NCBI GenBank assembly: GCA_016618085.1
Contig: JABLTG010000112.1
Location: 1-64,000, forward strand
Source of the DNA: Neovahlkampfia damariscottae
Lineage: Eukaryota
Direction: 5' to 3'
DNA length: 64,000 bases
The position numbers and the translations under genes were made by a program. The stretch's first letter is position 1; every line of letters begins with the position of its first letter. Positions 48,478-63,095 of the stretch are shown one piece after another. Below the pieces are notes generated by a model, which was not told the origin of the DNA, made no database searches, and saw only the letters and a program-made list of their open reading frames with translations.

Positions 48478-51400
48478 TTATTCTTGTTTTTTTTGAATTT
48501 TCTTTTTCTTTTTGACATTTTGTTTTTCATTTCCCACTTCTCTTTTTTTTCTTTTTTTCTCTTCTTTTGTTTTTTTATTTTTTTCAAGTTTCTTTTGAGC
48601 AAATTGAACAGGATCCAAAATTGCTTCTTGTGCTTTAATTGCTTTTCTATTTTCATTTTCTTGAAATTTCTCTTGTGTGAGTTGAATAAATTCATTATTA
48701 AATGTTTCAAAACCTAAAATTTGTTTCATTGCACTTGATACTTGTTCAACATATTTTTTTAATGAATCATCAATAATTGTTCTTTTATTTTCAATCAATT
48801 CATGAACTAATATCAATAAATGTTTTAAATATGGTAAATATTTCTTTTTTGATTGATTCAATAATGCAATGGATAAAGTTAAAAATGATTTTCTCTTTTA
48901 AAAATGTTATATTTCTCAAAAATGGAATTACTCTTAAAATGATTATTGGAATCTCTTTATCTTCCTTTTCAACAAATAATGATGTTTCTTTAATTTCATT
49001 GAATATTTCATTTAAATATTTTTCATTTTCAATTTTATTTAAAATAGTTAATAATAATTTGGTTAATAAATTTGATATTGATTCATTTAAATTTCTTGAT
49101 GAATAATTTTCAATAAGAACCAATGATAATTCTTTTAAAGTTTCTTCATTTTTTGTTATTTTTTTATTATTTTTAAAATAATTTATCAAAATTTCTAATG
49201 AAATAGATCTAATATTTAAAGAAGGATAAACTAAAAATTGTAAAAAATAATCAAATATTTCATCAATTTTTTTTGAACTTAATTTTTTAAATTCAAATAA
49301 ATTCTTAATAATTTTTAATGAATTAAAGATTTGATTAAATCTTGGAGAATAAATTAATTCATTAAAATCATTATTTTTTGGTTCAATTTTTCTTTTTAAA
49401 ATTTCAAATATTTCATCAACAAAATTTAATAATTTTTCACCATTGGATACTTTTGATAAAATTGAAAACATTTTAATTGAAACTAAATTAAAATCATCTT
49501 CTTCTTCATTACAGAACCATTTTAAATTTAATTTTAAAACTTTATCAAATTGTTTAGTTGAAATTCTTTTAAAAAAGTCAAATAAAGTATCTTCTAATAA
49601 ATTTTGTTCTTTTGAATCTTCATCAGAAGAAGATAAAGAAATTATTAACGGAAATAAAATAAATTCTACTTTTTCGTTCAAAAAATCAGTTGGAAATTTT
49701 TGAATAATTGTTGAAATAATTGAAATTATGTTTAATTTTGAATCCACTGGTAAACTTTCATTTATAACATTTTTGAACAAATAATTTAAATGATCTTGTA
49801 AAACATTTGGTGTCATTGGATATTTTAAAAAGAAATTTGTCAAAATATCAATGGAATAATTTCTTATGGTCGATTTAGAAATCATTAAAATAGTTCTTAA
49901 TTTCATTGCAATATCATATACTTGTGGTACAATAATACCTTTGGAAACTAAATATGCAACCAATGAAAATGGTTGTTCTCTAAACTCCGTACCAATAATT
50001 TCAATCTTTAAAATATCAAATAATACTTTCAATTGAATTTCAGTAAATTCAACATTTTGATTTATAAAGAATCTAATTGAATAAAATATTGTATCCCAAA
50101 CTTCTGATTTTGAATCAATACCTGTGTTCAACATAAATTCAAATAATGAATCAATAATTTCATTTTGTTTTTCTTTATAAGTTGGTAAATCTAAATTATG
50201 GAATAACATTAAAATTCTTAATGAATCTAATGCCACATCTGTATGTTGTCCTTTTAATAATTTGCATAAAATTATCATAAACGAATCAAGAAAGTCTAAA
50301 ATTAAAAAAGTAAATTTTTCGTTACCTTTGTCTTTGATGAACTTTTTTAAAACTAAATGTTCAAATATTCTTAAATAGAAATGAATAATTAAATAATCAT
50401 TTCTATTTTTATTTTTCGCAATTAATTCTTGTCTTTTTGTATCATTTAAAGAAATAGCACCTAATCTACCTGGTTCAGGTAATATTTCGTATGTTTCTTT
50501 CATTTGATCAACATACGTTTTTTTTATACTAAAGATGGAATCACCTTCATCTGATTGTTTGAATTCTCTTCTAAAAATAGATTTTTCTTCAATTTTTTCT
50601 TTAATAAAAGTAGAAATGAATTCATCTTGTGATTTAATTTTTAAATTATTTTTAATTCCATTTTCAAGTTGAAGAAATAAGTTTTTAAATCTTTCAATTA
50701 CTTCAACATTAGTCACATTTTTCATTAAATCTTCAATTTTTTGAATAACGAAATTGATATTATTTTCAACATTCATAATTTTTCCAATAACAAAAAATGA
50801 ATTATAAGTCAAATTATAATTATAATATTCTGATTTTTCTTTAACTGTATTTAAAGATACTTCAGGAAGTGGCTTTGTAATATCAGATAACAATATATCC
50901 ATCAATAAATCTAAAGTTGATTCATCCAAAGATACATCAAGAGAAGAAGTATTATTTTCAGATTTTAATGCATGTAACATTCCATTAATAGTAAAATGTA
51001 AAATTGATATTTGATATCCATCTCTTAATAAATCTGATAATTTTTCTAAAGCGAAAAAGAAATATTTTGATCCTAATGTTTGAATAATTTGAATTAAAGC
51101 ATCCCTAGCTAATTCTCTTTGATTTTTCTTTTTTTTCGCCATTAATTTTGAAATAATATCCGCTATAATTCTTGATAGTTGCGTTTCTAATTCATTTGGA
51201 TCATATTGTTTTAATATTTTAACGATCAATAATGTAATATCCATTCTCATTGTAATGATACCTTCTTGTTTTTTCCATAAATGACTATATAAATTTGGTA
51301 TAATTTCTTTAATTAAACATGATTTAATTTCACGATGATTATCTTTATGTAATTCTCTATTCTTTGAAAATGATTGAATTATATCACAAATTAATTGTAA

Positions 51401-54400
51401 TGATAATACTCTGAATCTCTTATTGATTGGTCCTTTTTTAGATTGTTCATCTGATAATTCATTTAAAAAGTAAAGTATAATTGAATGAAGATTTTTCCAT
51501 TTTAATACTAATGATATTTTCAAAATAATTTCTTTTGATTTTAAACCAATAGAATATTCTTCTTCATTTTCTTTAAGTTTCATTAATGAATACAAAATTG
51601 GAAATATCATATTTAAGAGAATATCAGTATTTTCAAATCTTGGTGTTTTCATTTCAATTAATTTTTCTAATTTTGATATTCCATTTTGTTTACTTTGTGT
51701 TGAATCATTTTTTAAACAACTTAAAAATTCACAAAATATTTGAAATTCTTCAAATTCTTTATAATTCTTGATAAGAATAGTTAAAAGTGAAATACACTCA
51801 ACAAAAGATAATATTGTTGTTGTTTTTAATAAATGTTTTCTAACAAAAGTCAAAATCATATTTTTGACCTCAAGATAATCTATTAATAGAATTAGAATTT
51901 AACTGTCTCTTTACCTTTTTCATTTTTACTTATATGTTTGACAATTGATTCAAGTGATTTTGTTGAATTATCTCTTATAATCCATTGACTATCTTTCAAA
52001 TAAAATAACAAATTTGCAACAATTGGTAGCATTGATAAATTTGGAATTGATTTGATTGATTTATCCATTTTGATTAAAATCTTAAAAGTATCAAATCTTT
52101 TTTCAAAATCAATTTCATCTAAATATGATTTAGATAAAGCATTTAAATTGAATAAAATAGTTGAAACATTCTTGTTTGAATCACTTGTAAATATTCTTTC
52201 AAATATTTCACACATTCCTCTTCTAATTTCAACATCATCATGAGAAATAAAAATATTTGAAAATAATCTAATATATTTGACTTTTGTTTCTTCTGTTGCT
52301 TTTGGTAAATAAGTTTTGAATAATTCAATTGCTTCTTGAAGTAAAACTGGATCTTTAATTTTGTCAATATTTTCTGCGTATAATGAAATAATGATATTTG
52401 CATCTGTATTTTCATCAAAATATTCTTTTAAGTAATCAATCAATTTTAGTGCATTCTTTTTATTTTCTGATGTCTTTTGTTTTGGTAATCCAATCGCATG
52501 ATAAAAGTTTACAACAATTAAATTGGTTAATGGTTTTAAAAGAACATCTCCAATTGTTTTTGATTCAATTTGTTGATATTTCTTTTTTCCAATTAACTTT
52601 TTGATGTTTTCATTCAATTCAAATTTTTCAGCTTTGATTTCATAAAGTGATTCCAAGAAATTTATGATTGATCTAAATACTTGAATAGATAATTTTGGTT
52701 TGTTTGTTAAATCAATTAAACTTTCAAGAATATCAAAATTTGAAATAAAAAATGAAGCTGTTGTTCTACCAATCAATGACATCGAAATTCCAAAAAATTT
52801 TGGAAGACTTGTTGGATTATTTTTGATATGTTTGAAGTAAAATCTTGTCGTATTGAAGATTGAGTCAATATGATTTTTTGAAAAATGATGATCTGGGTGT
52901 CTTTGTAAAAATAATGAAATCAATCTAATTGATTCATGATTGATTTCTTGATGAAGCATATTTTCAGATTTTCCTTTGATTCCACGTGAAGTTGTAACTT
53001 TATCTTGTTTTTCAGTATCTTCAACTTCCATTTCATCTTTTTCTTCTTGATCTTTTTGATTTTCTTCTTCAATATCTTCTTCTTCTTCTTCTTCTTCACT
53101 TTCTTTTGGTTGTGGTTGATCAACCATTACTTCATCTTCTTCTTCTTCTTCAAGATCTTCTTTTTGAAGAATATAATCATCATTAATATCTCTCAATGCA
53201 ATTTTGAGTAAAACATCCAAAACGCTTTCATAATAAAAAGAGTATTCATCTGTAACAATCATAATAAGTTGTTCAACAATGGATAACATCCATTTCAATT
53301 TTGAATCAAATTTTGAACTTTTTGATTCAATTTTTAAATCTGTTGGAATTACTGATTCCAAGAACATTAACAATTCATCATGTTTTAAATCTGAAAAATA
53401 AATCAATAAATTCTTAATTCCCAATTTCCATTTTTTAAATTCTGATACTTTTGCTTTTTCTGATAATTTCTTTGTTGGTTTTTTTGGTTTAACAGATGGA
53501 GTCAATATTTTTATAATAAAAGGTACGAATTCATTTCTATGTTCTTTATCAATATTCTTTAATGAAAAGGTTTTCAAAATTGAAGGTTTGTAATGATATC
53601 CAACGATTTGTTTAACATCAGCAAGATATGGTTGTAACCATGGAAGTTTGTATTTGTTAATACAAGATAAAACTAATTCTTGAACTTCAACATTTGTTGT
53701 AATAATCAAATTCATAAAAATATCTAAAGTTTCATTTGAATCAATTAAAACTCTTGAATCAAAATTTGAAAATAATTTCAAATATGTTTTTAACATGTCA
53801 GTAATTTTTGAATTGTCAGGTAATTTTGCACCACTTAAATTTGATAATTCTCTAAATTCTTTAAAGTTTTGAAAAATATCATTAAAACAATGTCTTCCCA
53901 TTGTTAAATCTTTTATGATTCCCCACAGTAATGGGAAATAATCTTTATAATCTGTGTGATTATAGGATTCTTTTATTCTTTTCATGAATAATGATTCAAG
54001 TATTTTTTCATCTTTTTCTTCAACTTTTTTTTGTTCATAATTATCAAATTTTATAGCAGGAACAGATGATTTTAATTTTCTTTTTTTATAAAGAAAATGT
54101 TGTTCAGGTATTTCCTCATTTGTCAAATCTAAATATGGATATTATTGGTTAAAATAATCTTACAATATTTTTGCCATTGATTCAAATAGATTGCATATAT
54201 GTTCCAAAAACATGAAGCATTGATTTTTGAAAGTTGAATTGCAAGAATATTAATCATACTCCAAATTTCCGAATATTTTATGAAATATCCACCAATTGAA
54301 TAGTGTGACAAAATTGAAATATAAACTTCATCAATATTTCTTCCATCTCTTTGTAATTCATCAATTACACGATGAATTGAATTTGTTTTTGTTCTTAATT

Positions 54401-56713
54401 CTTGATAAACAATCGCACATCTTTCTGATTCCAATAAATTTTGAATTATTTTTGATTTCTTATTGGTTTCTTGAGTTAAAACACCAGGTAAAGTTGAAAA
54501 TAATTCCAATGTATGTAATCTTAAATTTGGATTTTCTGATGATAAATTTGACATTAACAATGGAGCAACATCTGATAAATGTAATTTCATTTCTTCTTCG
54601 TCTTTAATGATATCTAATACTTTGAAAATACATTCAAGAAAAACATCAAAACTACCAAAATTCTTCAACAAAACTAACAAAATTTTTGATGTAAAGATAT
54701 TTTTTAGGCTTTTTGAATCAAATAGATTTGACATTGTTTTGACTGTTTGACTTAAAATATTAACAAATTCTAAATTGAAACTCCATTTCTTTTTTGAGTC
54801 AAATATTTTTGCGCATTTCTTTTTTAAAATGTTGAAAATAGTTTCTAAATTTGAATTGATAGCATTATTTGAATGGTTTAATAAATCAAGACATTTCAGA
54901 CATCCCCAAATAATTGGTATCTTAAATTCATCTTTTGAATTATCAATTTCAATTTCTTCATTTTCAGGTTCACCAATGAAATTATCAAAATTTGGACTTG
55001 ATGTCAACAAATCAAATTGTTGTTTTAACAGATTTGAAATACTTTCACTTAATTTCATATTTGAATCTGAAATGATTACATTATCAGATTCAACAAAATT
55101 GATCAAAAAATTCAATGTACTTTCTGGAGACTTTGTGATCATTTTTGATGAAACCCTTTTTTTGTAAGTTAGTATATCATTTTGTTTTTCTTACTCTAAA
55201 ATTTTCAATGATAGAATATTTCTTTCTTTTTGAATACTTGTTTTATTTGTATTGTATAAAGTATCAATAATTTCATTTAAAAAGTAAGTCAATAAATGAT
55301 AATTTTTCAATTGAAAAATCAAATCTAAATATGAATTTTCTTTTTCATTTTTTGATAAAAACAACTTTAAATTTTCACCACGATATGCAGAAAAAACTTG
55401 ATTTATAAAATCTAAAATGGATTTCAATGAAAAATTTGATAAATTCTTTGACAAAAGAACATCTTTTGAAATAATAATATTCAAATTTTGAATTAATGTT
55501 TTTTCAATTACAATTTCTCTTTTTTCAATTAAACATTTCATTAATAAAATGATATGAGCTAATTGTATATTTGTATCAAAATTTGGATCTTTATTCCAAA
55601 CTTCAATAACATGTTTTAATTCTTTTTCAACACATTCCCATAATGTAGTTGATACATTTCTATTTAACATATGTTTTGATAATAATTTAAAACATTTTTC
55701 TAATAATAAAAATCTTCTTTGATTTTCTCTTTCAATTTTTTGTCGATCATTTGATTGGATATTCTTTGGCCAATCTAATTTACGAAATAAAATTGGTAAT
55801 ATTTTTGGCATTGTTGAATGAAAATTACCATAAACTCCTTTCATTGTTTCAAAAAATAATAAACTTGTTCCATCAAACATATTTGGATTTGGTCTTTCTG
55901 ATAACTTTTCATATATTTTATCAATATAATTCTTCAATTTTTCATTTGATAATTTTTGAATCAAAAATGCAAAACTTTGTGCCGCAAATTCTCTGATATA
56001 CCATTTATGATGACCAATGATTTTTGAATATTTGTCATACCAAAAACTCAAATCTTCAATGATATATTTTGATAAATATTTAAAGAGATATGCTAAACAA
56101 TGAAAAATTGCTTCAGTTTTCTTTAAAAATTTAAAAATTTTTCATTTTTTTTACTTCCGGTAACTTTGGATTGATCAAATCTATCAAAGTATCAAATAAT
56201 TTTGTTTCTGTTTTCAATAATGGATAGAATTCAGTTCTTAAATCTTTTGCTAAAATTGAAATTAAGCTTAATATTTGATCAGTAGCCATTGACTTTTTCT
56301 TTTTCAAATGTTTCAACAAAACTTCAATAATTTTGATTCTATTATAATATAATTCATTAAAAGAACGTTGATATGGAAATAATTCTTCATTTAATTTCTT
56401 AAAATCTTCCTAAAAAAAAAAAACAGTTTTGGTTTTTTTTTCTTTCTTACTGACTTATTTAATTCCATGCAAGATTTCAAATTTTCAAAAAAGTAAGAAC
56501 TTCTATCTTCTAAACCCTTTTGTTCTGTAATTCTAAATGTATTTTTTGAATCATGAAGAACATCAACATTTATACTTTTAATTCTTTCAGAAAATGTTTT
56601 GAACTAATAAGTTAGTATTTTCAAATTTGATTTACTCTCTTCAATTGTTTGATTTCAAGATCTATTTTTTGTTCTTGTTCTTCTCTGAATTCTTCTATTT
56701 CGTCAGCATCCAT
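48478..56713 (-). CDS. UTP20: U3 snoRNP-associated protein 20 (UTP20/DRIM), multi-exon HEAT protein
   Basis: N-terminal FKTFSERIKSINVD, LAKDLRTEFYP, HKWYIREFAAQSFAFL, LDEIDFEKR, RELARDAL...LGSKY...LRDGYQISILHFT, basic C-terminal tail. Confidence 0.88.
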
Positions 56714-56821
56714 GTCAAAGATGAAAATAAATTGTGAACAAATAAGAAAGATGATTGGTCAAATTATTTATCACAAAACAACAAGAATGAACACTTCTTC
56801 TTAAATTCCAATTGGAATTTT

Positions 56822-58113
56822 TCAATAAGGATGAAACTTTTTATTTTCTTTTTTATTTTTTTTTTCATTCTGTTGTTGCATGAATTGTTGTTGATACATA
56901 AAATTATATAGTTGTTGTTGTTGCTGTTGCATTTGAAAAATATTTGAATTATCAACATTTCCTTGTTGAATAGGTGCATAAGGAAATGGTATTGGCATCA
57001 CAAAAGGCATTGGAACATATTGTGGAATCATTATTGGTTGATCTTGTTTTCCTTTTTTCACTTTCTTTTCATTTGATTTCTTTTTTGATTTTACAATACT
57101 TTGAGGAATACTCAATTCAACTACAATTTTCTTTCCATCAATTTTGTATCCATTCATTTCATTCAAATATTTCATTGCATCTTTTCGATCTTTGTAATGT
57201 ACAAATGCATGTCCTTGAGGTTTAAATGTACCTTTATCGAAGGGTATAATGGCTTTTTCAATGATATCAATACCACCGAATAATTGAATCATTTGTAATT
57301 CTTGGATAGATTCTGGTAAATTTTTGACGTATAAAACTTTAATTGTGTTCATTATTCTCTCATCTATTACTCTCGATTCTGCAAAGTTTACTTGAATCTT
57401 TGTATCTTCAATCATTAACTTATTTTTTAAATTTCTAAATGCATTCATTGCAATTTCGTGTGTAGAATAAGTGACCCATCCAAATCCTTTGGATTCTAAG
57501 GATGATGTCGTTGATAATTCAAATTTTTCAAATTCAATCTATGTTTTAGATGTTCAGTTATTTTACTTTTCCAAATTTTAAAAGTGAATTTTCAATTTCT
57601 AATTGAGTGATTTTTTTTGGTATTTTTGAAATATAAAGACAATTTTTTGGATCTGCTATTGATAATTTGATTGCAAATCTTCAAGCAAGTGTGTTAGAAT
57701 TGTTCTTTTTTTTGATTGGATTTATTATGTGATTTAGATTGTATAAAGTATACAATGAGGGATGATTGTGTTTGATTTAACTTACTTTTTATGTGTTATA
57801 TTATCAACAAAAATAGGTGTTTCTTTGAGATCAATTAAAGCATAAAGATCTTCTTTTGAATATAAGGTGGCGAATCCATATCCTTTTGTTTCACCTGTCT
57901 TTTTATTTTTAGCAATTGATATTTCTTTTATTTTAACATATTTTTGCAATTCATTTTGCATTATATCTTCTGTTGTTCCTCTTGGTATGTCGGACTAAAA
58001 ATACTCATTCAGAATTTTTCTTTTATTTTTACAATAAAAACTTGATATTTCTGTTCTTTTTGATTTTCATTAGTTTCTTTTTCAACTTTTGGAGTTTTTT
58101 CTTCTTCTTCCAT
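56822..58113 (-). CDS. Triple-RRM RNA-binding protein (hnRNP Q/R-like)
   Basis: RNP motifs KGYGFAT, LYISKIP, KGFGWV, KVLYVKNLP, GHAFVHY; Q-rich tail ending KFHPY. Confidence 0.8.
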
Positions 58114-58294
58114 TTGTTTTTTTTGTTTGAAGTGAGTGATGTTTTTATTGGACGAGAGATTGTCAATGAAATCAACAATTATTCCAAAGATTGAAAAGAA
58201 GAAAAATAATGAAAAATAATTAAAAAACTAGTGAAATGGAAGCGGTTTAAAATTTTTAGACCAATCAAATTATTTCACGCTTTCAATAAAAAAC

Positions 58295-59369
58295 ATGAAG
58301 AAAAATGATAATCAAGCTGTACCAAAGAAAATTAATTTTATTGCAGGTGGAATTGGTGGAGCAACGGCAACAATAATCACTCAACCTCTTGATGTCATTA
58401 AAACAAGAATGCAAGTTTGAATTATTTTTTTCGTTTTACATTTTACAGTCGTTTAATCAATTGGATTCTATTAAATCATCAGAAGGACATAAATTTTTTA
58501 CAAAAACAATAACACAATTGAAAATGACGGCACAAAGAGAAGGTAAGAATTCTATAAAATAAAAGAATATAATATCAAAAGGTTTTAAAGGATTGTATCG
58601 AGGATTACTTCCAAATTTAATGGGTATTTCAATTTATATTTATGATTAATATATTAGGTATTACTCCATCAAGGGCTTTGTATTTCTCAGGGTATAACGC
58701 AACTAAGAATTTTTTGGTATCAACCAAATTATTCAATGAAAATACATCTATTATTCCAATGTTGTCTGCAGGAACAGCAAGTATGATAGTTTATACAACA
58801 ATGAATCCGATATGGTTAATTAAAACACGTCTACAATTGCAAGAAGTTGGACATAACAGAGAAGGAAGTCCAAATTATAAAGGATACGCTGATTGTATCA
58901 AAAGAGTATTTAAAGAAGAAGGAATTAGAGGTTTTTATAAAGGATTAACTGCAAGTTTTATGGGTGTTTTTGAGAGTGCAATTTATTTTGTTATTTATGA
59001 AAAATTGAAACTTAAAATTAGTGAAAGAAATGGAACAACAGATACCTACACACCTGTAATTTCAATTCAATTTCTAACTGTGAATAGTTTGAATATATTT
59101 CAATGGCTGCAACTTCAAAATTTGTTGCATCTGGTTTGACGTATCCACATGAAGTTGTGAGAACAAGAATGAGAGAAATTGTGAATGGAAAATGTCCTTA
59201 CAATAGTTTATATGATGCATTTTCAACAATTGCAAGAGAAGAAGGAAGAGCAGGATTGTACAGAGGAATGGCTGTACATTTATCTCGTACTGTGCCAAAT
59301 ACAGCTATCATGTTTTTTGTTTATGAATTTGTTGTTGATTTATGGAAAAAGAACAAAATGTTGGAATAA
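58295..59369 (+). CDS. Mitochondrial carrier, Rim2/SLC25A33/36-like pyrimidine nucleotide carrier
   Basis: Three Px[DE]xx[KR] repeats (PLDVIKTRMQ, NPIWLIKTRLQ, YPHEVVRTRMR), PSRALYF, RTVPNTAIMF. Confidence 0.85.
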
Positions 59370-59375
59370 AAAAGT

Positions 59376-62300
59376 TTATAAAAATTGTTTTGTTTCTTCT
59401 TTAAATGTAATGAGATTAGATGTAAATCTAAAAAATTTGAATAATATTATATCTTACTTATCTTTGTTTCCTTCTTCAACATTCAATTCTACTTTATCCA
59501 TTAATCTAGTAAATGCTTCACTCATTTGTTTTTTCTTTGAATCAGCAACAGAGTTAATGATTTGTTTCTTAATTTCTTCAAAATATTGTGGATTTGTTGC
59601 AATTAAACTCAATACAGCTCTTGACATACTCCATTGATTTCTACATTCTTCAAAGATGATAACTTTTAATGTTTGTGATAATAATTTTGGAAGAATTTGA
59701 GAATTTTGAAAATGTTTTGTGAGCATTTGTGAATATTGATCTTTTTTAGTTACACTTTTGAAATAAAATGTGCACAACTTATCTAAACTTCCACACATTT
59801 GAGATGATAAACTAATTTCATCAGATGCGACTCCATCTTCAAAAGAATTAACAAGTTGTAAAAATATTTGTGTATCAAATGTGACAGTTGTTTCAATATG
59901 TTGTCCAAATAATATTTCAAGAAATGAAAAATATGCTTTGCAGAATTTTGGATATGCCTTAATATCTTTCAATGAAACTTGTAAAGATAATTTTACAATC
60001 ATATTGATAACTTCAATCAAACAAGAATCTTTATAAATATCAAAAACACCAAAACAACAATAATTTCCTTCTAAAGTTCTTGTTAACACTTGTAATGCCA
60101 CCATAATTCCTTTATATTTTTCTTGATATAAATCTTGTTTAACATTGATTTTCTCTGCAGTCATTCCTAAAAAAAAGTGTTAGTATTTATTCCCATAAAA
60201 TTAAAAAAAATTTCCCAATCCCAAATTACTAACCATATGCAATGAGAATTTTACTAATTTCTTTGAACAACAAGATTCCTTTTGGAGATGAACTCGGAAA
60301 TTCAATTCTTGAGGATCTGCTGTAACAAAGTTCAAATAAAAATTTCAAAAGAGAATTGATAACCACTGGAGTATCAGACCATGCTTGTGCTGTTCTTAAA
60401 AATAAAGGAAAATATTTTGGAAAAACCTAAAAATTGAGTTTAAAATTTTGAAATATTTTTCTTTTTTCTTACCCAGTCAAAAAAAAATCCATATTTCTGT
60501 TTATTATTACATGAAGTAACAACTCCTCTTAAATCACGAAATAAACCTACTAAAGCAAACTAATAAAATATAAAAATATAAAATAAATCTAATACTTTGA
60601 CATTATCTTGTCTGAATTGATTTAAATTTTCAATTTGAAGTAATTGATTAGCAATCTTTCCAAATGGTGCAACAAAATTTAAAAAGTTTGTTTCAGTGCA
60701 TTCATCTGCAAAAAGTAACTTTGTTAAAATACTAAAAAAAACAGTTCTTGATCTAAAGTGAAGTGATTCATTTAAAAATTGAAATTGATCTGCAGAATGA
60801 TTATGTAAAATATATTTGATAGTTTCTAATTTTGCAGTTAATTTTGTACTTGAATATCCCAATGATAATTCATTAAATAAATCCATTGTTTCATCAATAA
60901 TTTGTTTTGATTTTGCCCATACTTTCAAGTTATTTGCAATTTTATTGATAAATAAATTCAAAAGACTGATTTGATCTGTAACTTCGATTTTTTTTTTCAA
61001 TGTTTCGTAAATTTTGGTGTATGTTACAATTGTATCATTGAGATAAAGTTGTTTGAAATCTTTCATGAAATATAAAGTTGCTGTTTCAATATGAAGAAGT
61101 GATTTTTCATTAACAGCATTCTTGAAAAATATTAATATGCAATAAAAACAATTACTGTATCTTTCATTAATCTATGACTAACAAATTGTGAACATTGAAG
61201 AATTCTTCCAGCCATTTCACCATCAATATTTTCCATTTCATCATTATTTGATGAATAACTTCTTTTACCAACAATTGAACCAAACATGTAAATTATCCAT
61301 GCCAATTGATCTTGAGCAATTTGAACTTGAGCAAAGTTGTTCTTATTCATAGCTTCACTCAATTTTTGATTGATAGTATCAAAAAATGTTTGAAACATTG
61401 GACATAATTTTTCATAATTAAAATGAAATAAACTTGGAACAGAATCCAAGTATTCATCTAATCTTTCTGCTTCATCAAGTGGATCTTAAAGTTTAAATTT
61501 TAATAAATTTGTTTTTTTTTTTACCATCTAAATCATTTTGTTTAATGAGGACAACATCATTAAGTCTTGAAGAAATGTATTCTTCTAAAATCTAATAAAA
61601 TGAATTTAACAAGTGGAAAAACAAACCTTTGGAACACTAAATAGATGTTTAAATGGTATTTTTTCTTACTAATCATTCAAGTGACTTTCTTTATCACTTC
61701 CTAAATATGGATGAGAAGCAACTAATCTTGACCAAAAATTCATCAAATAATATAAACAATGACTTGATGAAATTGGATTTGTAAAACTTTCAACAGTGAA
61801 AACAGCACATGATTTAATAAAATTTGGATAATCTTTACAAGCTACAAGTTCTTTAAGTTGGAAATTTGATTTAAGACGAGTAAGTAATCTGCAAAATTGA
61901 TGATAACAATCATCATCTGAAAGAATATTTTTTCTATTATCTAAAACTTGAATAATACCAGAAATAAATCTTGAAAGATATGCTTCTCTTTCTTCATCAC
62001 CTGTAAATAAAGATCTAAGATAGTTGACTAGAAAAAATAAAACTTACCTTCTCACACAAGACAACAAAACTAAAATTTCAAGAATCTTTGCCTTGATTTC
62101 TGAACCTTGTAAACTATTGAAAACTTTCCATAATAATTCGACTGTATTTGATTCTTCAAATAATGGTCTCCAAGAAGAAGGTACTTGAATAGTTGCTGCA
62201 TCATCACTTGCTTCATCTGGATAAATACCAACAAAATCATATCTAAGACAATTCAAACATAATTGAAGTGTAGACTTAACTAATACATCATTTGGTTGTT

Positions 62301-63018
62301 GTTCTAAAAATAAATATAATTATAAATTTTCTTACGTCTTATTAATTCCTTCAAAGAAAAAATTGAAGTTTCAAATAATCCACGTAAAGCTAAATCTCGA
62401 AATGAAATTGATATTTTTCTTTGAACTGTTGTATTTTGTTTAGAAATTAAAGTGTTCATTTCCAGCATTAATTCATTGAGTAAATTTAAACCTAAAGTAC
62501 TGACTTCTAATTTTGGACTTTGGACGAAATACTTTTTAATTTGTTCTGGGAGATCTCTATTATCTTGGTCTTCCAACCAACCTTGAAAAAGGATAAGTTT
62601 TTAAGTTATTTTACCTAATTTCGCAATTCTTGCTAGAAGCTTTAAAATACTTGACATAATAGATCCAGGCACTTTATCTGCGTTTTTAGCTATGAAAGTA
62701 ATCAAAAAATTTCCTTTAAAATTATTTAAAAAAAAAAATTACTCAATTCAAGTTTGGATTCTTTACTGAATACACTCCAGTTGTCTGTATATAAATTTGT
62801 GAGTTCTCCTGAAATGAACAAAAAGGTCATTCCATTTTGACTTGCGGAGAGATATGCTTGTAATTTTGGTACTCTTGAAAAAAAAAAATTAAAAAAAAAA
62901 GTTTTTACGCTTCAACAGTTTTGAATGCTTTAATTTCAGATTCTGCTTTAAGTCTCACTTCTTGTTGTGGTGAGAATAGTCCATTACAAAGTTGGTCGAA
63001 TCTTGATACTTCGTCCAT
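59376..63018 (-). CDS. XPO7: Exportin-7 / RanBP16-17 family, many small exons
   Basis: ISFRDLAL, YDFVGIYPDEASDD...QVPSSWR, RNQWSMSRAVLSLI, NKDKFTSNL. Confidence 0.9.
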
Positions 63019-63095
63019 GAAAACAAAGAATGAGAATAATGATTGGTCAAGTTTATTCCAATCAAATTTAAGCGCGAAAAATTATCAACCGAAAT

